Below are positions 58,018 through 64,000 of a DNA stretch of 64,000 nucleotides, one piece after another. The notes under the pieces are model-generated. The model saw only the letters and a list, made by a program, of their open reading frames with translations. It was not told the origin of the DNA and ran no database searches. The translations under genes were made by a program, and so were the position numbers. The DNA is from Thermoplasmatota archaeon. Its GTDB lineage: Archaea > Thermoplasmatota > E2 > UBA202 > JdFR-43. The stretch covers positions 16,721-80,720 of the forward strand of contig JAPDJP010000015.1 of NCBI GenBank assembly GCA_029259055.1, given 5' to 3'. Numbering within the stretch: the stretch's first letter is position 1; every line of letters starts with the position of its first letter.

Positions 58018-59214
58018 ATGGATATAAAGCAAGATGAAGTCACAACATTACATGATATATGCGTGGATAATAACGTAATTAACAAACTTAAAGAAGTAGC
58101 AGAGGAAAGAAGAGTATCAATAATAATGCCCATGCTATATAAGGAATTAAAAAATGAAACCATTGAAAATATAATTGAGGAATTAAATAGATGTGATTTT
58201 GTTAAGGAAATAATAATACCTCTTTCAGCTAATGAACAAAAAGAATTTGAAAAGGTAAAGAAAATTTTTTCGAGGCTTAAAAATGAGCACTACATCATAT
58301 GGTGTAATGGGCCAAAAATAACAAAATTACTGAACGAATTGAAACAGGAAGGAATAAATGTTATTGATTATAAAGGGAAAGGGAGAGATGTATGGATTGC
58401 TCTAGGAATAGCATGCTTAAATACATATGCAATAGCTTTCCATGATGCAGATATAAAAACATATAGTCATTTGATACCAGCAAAACTTCTCTTTCCCCTA
58501 TTAGAGCCGGAACTTGATTTTAAATTTTGTAAGGGTTATTATGCTAGAATTGATATTAAAAATAAAATAGTTTATGGAAGAGTTTTTCGCCTCTTCTTAC
58601 ACCCTCTTCTGAGAGCATTAGCTGATGTTATTGGCTATGAACCAGATTTTTTGAATTTTTTAAAAGCATTTAGATATCCATTGGCAGGAGAATTTGCCAT
58701 GACAAGTGATGTTGCGGTTGATGTTGATGTGCCCGGTGACTGGGGAATTGAAATTGGCGTGCTTGCGGAAATATATAGAAATGTGGCCAGAAAAAGAATT
58801 TGCCAAGTTGATTTGGGATTTTATGAACATAAGCATCAGGAAATTGGAGATGAAAAAGGGGGATTGGTTAGAATGGTTAAGGATATTTTTAAAACCTTGC
58901 TAAGAGTTTTAACAGAGGAAGATCATGTTCAAGTTTCAAAACCCTTTTTAATATCTTTAGGAGTAATTTATCAAAAAGTTGCTAGGGATTGTATAAGGCA
59001 ATATCATGCAGATGCTGTTTTTAATAATCTAAAATATGACCGCCATTTAGAAGAAACCATTGTAGAAAAATTTAGCCAGCATTTAATAGAGGCAGGAATG
59101 GAATATTTAGAAAAGCCAGCTGGAGCGAGAATGCCGGATTGGCTGAGAACAATGTCGGCAAGAAGAAAAGTAAGGGAAGAGCTGTTCGAAATAGTTTTGG
59201 AAGAAAATGACTGA
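58018..59214 (+). CDS. gpgS: Glucosyl-3-phosphoglycerate synthase-like glycosyltransferase
   Basis: MD..Q..VTTLH, GKGRDVW, HDADI, FCKGYYAR, YGRVFRLF, FRYPLAGEF, DWGIEIG, QVDLG.YEHKHQ. Confidence 0.8.
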   Translation: MDIKQDEVTTLHDICVDNNVINKLKEVAEERRVSIIMPMLYKELKNETIENIIEELNRCDFVKEIIIPLSANEQKEFEKVKKIFSRLKNEHYIIWCNGPKITKLLNELKQEGINVIDYKGKGRDVWIALGIACLNTYAIAFHDADIKTYSHLIPAKLLFPLLEPELDFKFCKGYYARIDIKNKIVYGRVFRLFLHPLLRALADVIGYEPDFLNFLKAFRYPLAGEFAMTSDVAVDVDVPGDWGIEIGVLAEIYRNVARKRICQVDLGFYEHKHQEIGDEKGGLVRMVKDIFKTLLRVLTEEDHVQVSKPFLISLGVIYQKVARDCIRQYHADAVFNNLKYDRHLEETIVEKFSQHLIEAGMEYLEKPAGARMPDWLRTMSARRKVREELFEIVLEEND

Positions 59215-60376
59215 GAAAGTGGATATTGTGGTTGGTATATTGTGTAAGAATGTAGAAACAACTATATTGCATGTTTTAAATGTTGTTAATGAAGGATTGC
59301 ACCAATATTTTTCAGATTATAATAAAATGATTGTTGTAAGTGATGGCTTTTCATCTGATAGAACAACAGAACTTGCAAATCTTTTTCAGCCATATAATGG
59401 CATAGAGAAGATTGTTACCGAAGATGTTTTGGAAGGAGGGAAAGGAGCAGGAGTAAAAACGGTGCTTAAAATTGCAGAGAATGTGGATGCAAAAGCAGTC
59501 ATTTTGTTAGATGGCGATTTATTAAGTATAAAACCAGAATGGCTTTATGAATTTGCCTCCCCAATTTTATATGGAAGAGCTGATTTAATAGTTCCATATT
59601 ATATAAGAGATAAATATGATGGAGTTATAACAAATAACTTGGTTTATCCTTTTACGAGAGCAATATATGGATTAGATATAAGGCAGCCAATTGCGGGAGA
59701 ATATGGTTTATCAAAAAATTTATACAAATTGTTATTGAATCATCCATTATTCCCAACCAATTTTGGTATAGATATTTTTATTGTTACTACAGCAGCAGTC
59801 AATGAAATGGAAATAAGGGAAGGAATTTTTTCGTTAAAAATACATGAATCAACCACTCGCTATTTAGAACCAGAAACTCTACTAATACCAATGTTCAGAC
59901 AAGTAACAGGAACAATGTTTGATTTAGCGGAATATTATGAAAACTTCTGGAAAAATAGGAAAAGAATAAAAAGAAAAAGCATTCAAAGAGGATTTTATGG
60001 TAAAAAACCGATTCCCGTAGTTGTAAATATTGATAGAATAAGGGAACATTTTGAGAAAGATTATAAAAATGTAAGAAAACATATAAAGAAAATCTTACCA
60101 AATCTTTTTGAAGAAATAGAAGAAATAAGCAGAAAGATAGAAAAATTTGATGCTGAGATATGGGCGGATATAGTATACAATTTTGCCTCCTATTATAAAA
60201 GATACAAGGAAAATAAGTATATTGTTTTAGATACTTTAAAGACATTGTGGTTAGGTAGATTTTTAAGTTATGTTATTCAAACAAAAGATATGGATTTGAT
60301 GGAAGCGGAAAGTATTATACAGGAGCAAGCGAAAGTGTTTGAGAAAAAATTCGATTACTTTGTTTCCATTTATTAA
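59207..60376 (+). CDS. GT-A glycosyltransferase resembling glucosylglycerate/mannosylglycerate synthase
   Basis: DIVVGI...N...TI, SDGFSSD.T, GKGAG, DGDL.SI.PEW, PYY.R.KYDG.ITN, IRQPIAG, FGIDIF, MF.QV. Confidence 0.75.
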   Translation: MTEKVDIVVGILCKNVETTILHVLNVVNEGLHQYFSDYNKMIVVSDGFSSDRTTELANLFQPYNGIEKIVTEDVLEGGKGAGVKTVLKIAENVDAKAVILLDGDLLSIKPEWLYEFASPILYGRADLIVPYYIRDKYDGVITNNLVYPFTRAIYGLDIRQPIAGEYGLSKNLYKLLLNHPLFPTNFGIDIFIVTTAAVNEMEIREGIFSLKIHESTTRYLEPETLLIPMFRQVTGTMFDLAEYYENFWKNRKRIKRKSIQRGFYGKKPIPVVVNIDRIREHFEKDYKNVRKHIKKILPNLFEEIEEISRKIEKFDAEIWADIVYNFASYYKRYKENKYIVLDTLKTLWLGRFLSYVIQTKDMDLMEAESIIQEQAKVFEKKFDYFVSIY

Positions 60377-60411
60377 TTTTAAAAATTTATAAAGATAATA
60401 GTTATACTACT

Positions 60412-62790
60412 ATGGGGTTTATCAAATGGCTTAATGAAATTAGCAAGAAAGATATCGCTCTTTTTGGTGGTAAAAATGCATCTCTAGGGGAGCTTTATAA
60501 AAATTTGACAGAAAAAGGAATAAAAGTTCCAGATGGATTTGCCATATCTGCAGAAGCATATAAGTTTTTTTTAAAATGTGCGGGTTTAGAAGATAAAATA
60601 AAAAAATTGTTAGAAGATTTTGATAAGAGAAATTTAAGGGAATTAAAAGAAAGAGGAAGGAGGATAAGACAACTTATTTTGTCTGCTGAATTGCCAGAGG
60701 AACTTGTTAATGAAATAAAAGAAGCATATAAAAAGTTGGAAGAAATTTATGGAAAAAATGTAGATGTTGCTGTTAGAAGCAGTGCAACCGCTGAAGACTT
60801 ACCAACAGCAAGCTTCGCAGGACAATATGAAACCTTCTTAAATATTAAGGGTGAGAAGAAATTAATAGATGCCATAAAAAAATGTTACGCATCTCTTTTT
60901 ACAGATAGGGCAATATCATATAGAGAGGATCACGGTTTTAGCCATTTTGATATATATTTATCAATAGGAGTACAAAAAATGGTGAGGGCAGATTTGGCAT
61001 GTTCAGGGGTTATATTTACCATTGACCCAGAAACAGGTTTTAGAAATGTAATCTATATTACCGGTTCGTGGGGGTTGGGAGAGCTTGTTGTTAGAGGAGC
61101 TGTAAATCCAGATGCATTTTACATTTTTAAGCCGACTTTGGAAAAAGGTTATAAGGCGATTATTGAAAAGAAGCTGGGTGCCAAAAATAAAATGCTTGTT
61201 TATGGAAAAGATGGAATAATGGAAAAAGATGTTCCAGGGCATTTAACAGATAAATTTATTTTAGATGACAAGGAAATTTTAACCCTTGCTAAATGGGCTT
61301 TAGAAATAGAGAAACATTATGGAATGCCAATGGATATTGAATGGGCCAAAGATGGGATAACAAATGAACTATTTATTTTGCAAGCTCGCCCAGAAACAGT
61401 TCATTCAAGAAGAAAGTCATTCTCGGTATATAGGTTAATAGAAAAAGGGGAGGTAATTGTTGAAGGAGAGGCGATAGGAAATAAGATTGGAAGAGGTGTT
61501 GCAAGAATTGTAATGAGCATTGATGATATAGATGAATTTAAAGAAGGGGATGTTCTCGTTACAGATATGACAGACCCAGACTGGGAACCAATAATGAAAA
61601 TGGCATCAGCAATAGTAACAAATAGAGGAGGAAGAACCTGCCATGCTGCTATAGTAAGTAGGGAGTTGGGTATACCAGCTGTAATAGGAACAAAAATTGC
61701 AACAGAAGTTATAAAGGATGGAGAAGAAATAACAGTGGATTGTTCCGAAGGGGTCGGAAAGGTATATAGGGGGTTGTTGAAATATGAGGAGGAGGAAATA
61801 TCTTTTGATGATATTCCAAAAACAAAAACAAAAATAATGATGAACGTTGCCATACCAGAGAAAGCTTTTTTACTGTCTCAAATCCCAAATGATGGAGTTG
61901 GTTTGGCAAGGGTAGAATTTATTATAAGCTCCCATATTGGAATTCATCCAATGGCTCTGGTGGAATATGAAAGACTCAAAATGGCAAGAGAGGAAAAAAT
62001 AAGGGAAATAGTTAGAGAAATTGATAAAAGGACAGCAACATATAAGGATAAAAAAGATTTTTATATTGAACAGCTTGCAATGGGAATTGCAAAAATAGCA
62101 TCAGCTTTTTATCCAAACGATGTAATAGTTAGATTCTCCGATTTTAAAACAAATGAATATGCAAGTTTGGTAGGAGGAAGTTTGTACGAGCCAATAGAAA
62201 ATAATCCAATGCTTGGATGGAGGGGCGCCTCCCGTTACTATGATGAGAAATTTAAACCAGCTTTTGGGCTTGAATGCAAAGCCATTAAAAAGGTGAGGGA
62301 AGAATTGGGCTTAAAAAATGTTAAAGTTATGATTCCTTTTTGTAGAACCCCTGAAGAGGGAATAAAAGTAATAAAGACCATGGAAGAATTTGGATTGAAG
62401 AGAGAAGATATAGAGATATATGTAATGTGTGAACTCCCTTCTAATGTTGTTTTGGCGGAAAAATTTGCAAAAATCTTTGACGGATTTTCAATTGGTTCAA
62501 ATGATTTGACACAACTTGTTTTAGGAATAGATAGGGATTCAAATTTGGTTGCTCATCTATTTGATGAAAGAAATGATGCGGTTAAGAAAATGATAGAGAT
62601 GGTAATAAATATTGCTAAAAAATATGATAGGAAAGTTGGAATATGTGGTCAGGCACCATCTGATTTTCCCGAATTTGCTGAATTTTTGGTAGAAAAAGGG
62701 ATAGATTCTATTTCTTTAAATCCAGATGCTGTCATTAAAACAAAATATTTAGTTGCCGAAAAGGAGAAGGAGATGAAAAATGAGGGTTAA
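60412..62790 (+). CDS. ppsA: Phosphoenolpyruvate synthase
   Basis: GGKNASLGE, VAVRSSATAEDLPTASFAGQ, GGRTCHAAIVSRE, ENNPMLGWRG, SIGSNDLTQ, ICGQAPSD. Confidence 0.97.
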   Translation: MGFIKWLNEISKKDIALFGGKNASLGELYKNLTEKGIKVPDGFAISAEAYKFFLKCAGLEDKIKKLLEDFDKRNLRELKERGRRIRQLILSAELPEELVNEIKEAYKKLEEIYGKNVDVAVRSSATAEDLPTASFAGQYETFLNIKGEKKLIDAIKKCYASLFTDRAISYREDHGFSHFDIYLSIGVQKMVRADLACSGVIFTIDPETGFRNVIYITGSWGLGELVVRGAVNPDAFYIFKPTLEKGYKAIIEKKLGAKNKMLVYGKDGIMEKDVPGHLTDKFILDDKEILTLAKWALEIEKHYGMPMDIEWAKDGITNELFILQARPETVHSRRKSFSVYRLIEKGEVIVEGEAIGNKIGRGVARIVMSIDDIDEFKEGDVLVTDMTDPDWEPIMKMASAIVTNRGGRTCHAAIVSRELGIPAVIGTKIATEVIKDGEEITVDCSEGVGKVYRGLLKYEEEEISFDDIPKTKTKIMMNVAIPEKAFLLSQIPNDGVGLARVEFIISSHIGIHPMALVEYERLKMAREEKIREIVREIDKRTATYKDKKDFYIEQLAMGIAKIASAFYPNDVIVRFSDFKTNEYASLVGGSLYEPIENNPMLGWRGASRYYDEKFKPAFGLECKAIKKVREELGLKNVKVMIPFCRTPEEGIKVIKTMEEFGLKREDIEIYVMCELPSNVVLAEKFAKIFDGFSIGSNDLTQLVLGIDRDSNLVAHLFDERNDAVKKMIEMVINIAKKYDRKVGICGQAPSDFPEFAEFLVEKGIDSISLNPDAVIKTKYLVAEKEKEMKNEG

Positions 62791-62889
62791 AATAAAAATA
62801 ATGGATGATATAAAATGTTATGATATAAAAGAAGCTTTTATAATAAATACAGAAATAAAATTTAATAAATGAACCATATAATAGCAAAT

Positions 62890-63507
62890 ATGGACATTGT
62901 AGAATTGTTAAGAAAAGAATATCCAGATGTAAAGGGAACAGCCTTACATTATACAAACCCCTTAGAATTGCTTGTTGCAACGATTTTATCAGCCCAAACA
63001 ACGGATGAAAGAGTAAATATGATAACAAAAGATTTATTTAAAAAGTATAGAACAGCAGAAGATTATGCTAATGCAGATTTAGAAGAATTACAAAATGATA
63101 TAAGAAGCGTTAATTTTTATAGGAACAAAGCAAAATATATAAAGCAATGCTGTCAAATATTGGTAGAAAAATATAATGGGCAAGTTCCGGATTCGATGGA
63201 AGAATTACTTAAATTGCCTGGAGTAAGCAGGAAAACAGCTAATGTTGTTTTATCAAATGCTTTTAGGAAAGATGAGGGTATTGTTGTTGATACTCATGTA
63301 ATGAGGCTTAGCCAGCGTTTAGGATTAACGAAAGAAAAAGATAGAGATAAAATTGAACAGGATTTAATGAAGAAGTTTCCCAAGGAAAAATGGTTTGATT
63401 TGGCTAATTTGCTCATTGCACATGGAAGAAAAATATGCAAAGCTCGTCAACCACTTTGCAATGAATGCGTTTTAAAAGATATATGTTTATATTATAAAGG
63501 CAAGTAA
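62890..63507 (+). CDS. nth: Endonuclease III
   Basis: LLVATILSAQTTD, HhH LPGVSRKTANVV, VDTHV.R, C-X6-C-X2-C-X5-C FeS motif. Confidence 0.95.
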   Translation: MDIVELLRKEYPDVKGTALHYTNPLELLVATILSAQTTDERVNMITKDLFKKYRTAEDYANADLEELQNDIRSVNFYRNKAKYIKQCCQILVEKYNGQVPDSMEELLKLPGVSRKTANVVLSNAFRKDEGIVVDTHVMRLSQRLGLTKEKDRDKIEQDLMKKFPKEKWFDLANLLIAHGRKICKARQPLCNECVLKDICLYYKGK

Positions 63508-63549
63508 CTTTACAAAATTTTATTTATCCTTGCTATATTTTTATAAAAA

Positions 63550-64000
63550 ATGTCTATAGAAGAGGAAATAAAAAGGCTTGAAGAAGAAATAAGAAATACT
63601 CCATATAATAAAGCTACTGAGCATCACATTGGGAGGCTAAAAGCAAAACTCGCAAAGCTTAAAGAGGAAGCGAGAAAAAGCAGAGCCAAGGGGCAGGGCT
63701 TTTTTATTAAAAAAGCTGGGGATGCAAGCGTTGCTATTATTGGGCCGCCTTCTGTGGGCAAATCTACTTTATTAAATGCCCTGACAAATGCAAATAGTAA
63801 GGTAGCGAATTATGCTTTTACTACAACAAAAATTATTCCTGGAATGATGGAATATGAAGGATGCCAAATTCAGCTGTTGGATTTGCCAGGCATTATATAT
63901 GGTGCATCGGCTGGCAAGGGAAGAGGGAGAGAAATTATTGCTATGGCAAGAGTTGTTGATTTAATTCTTATTGTTGTGGATGTTTTTACTGTAAATGAGA
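63550..64000 (+). CDS. DRG/Rbg (OBG-family) GTPase, 5' part (runs off window)
   Basis: Hand translation [37 protein letters not shown]..., [31 protein letters not shown]. Confidence 0.93.
   Translation, partial: MSIEEEIKRLEEEIRNTPYNKATEHHIGRLKAKLAKLKEEARKSRAKGQGFFIKKAGDASVAIIGPPSVGKSTLLNALTNANSKVANYAFTTTKIIPGMMEYEGCQIQLLDLPGIIYGASAGKGRGREIIAMARVVDLILIVVDVFTVNE

Overview
AT-rich archaeal chromosome segment. Gene content and protein styles (SepF, LonB, RaSEA, SMC-ScpAB, PGF-CTERM, many PKD/beta-helix surface proteins) suggest a euryarchaeote, probably Thermoplasmata; this placement is inference. Most of the window is housekeeping: RFC-S, aspS, intron-containing tRNA-Tyr, rpl1/10/12, smc-scpA-scpB, lonB, uppS, carbamate kinase, hisS, sepF, RaSEA, Pit phosphate transporter, radA, hypE, pyrE/F/G, a glucosylglycerate-type cluster, ppsA, nth and a DRG GTPase. 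The standout is a 17.3-kb minus-strand operon of four overlapping genes (30415->13103): (A) a 1717-aa type IV pilin-PKD-beta-helix adhesin, (B) a 1930-aa beta-helix/PKD protein, (C) an FN3/PKD protein ending in a dockerin, and (D) a two-cohesin, membrane-anchored scaffoldin fused in frame to a second prepilin-like protein. It looks like a pilus-linked cohesin-dockerin surface scaffold built from near-identical DNA modules. A second surface gene (51203->46690, PGF-CTERM, cysteine-peptidase-like) is broken by two frameshifts. No CRISPR array, rRNA, transposase or integrase was recognised. All domain calls are by motif recognition, not database search.
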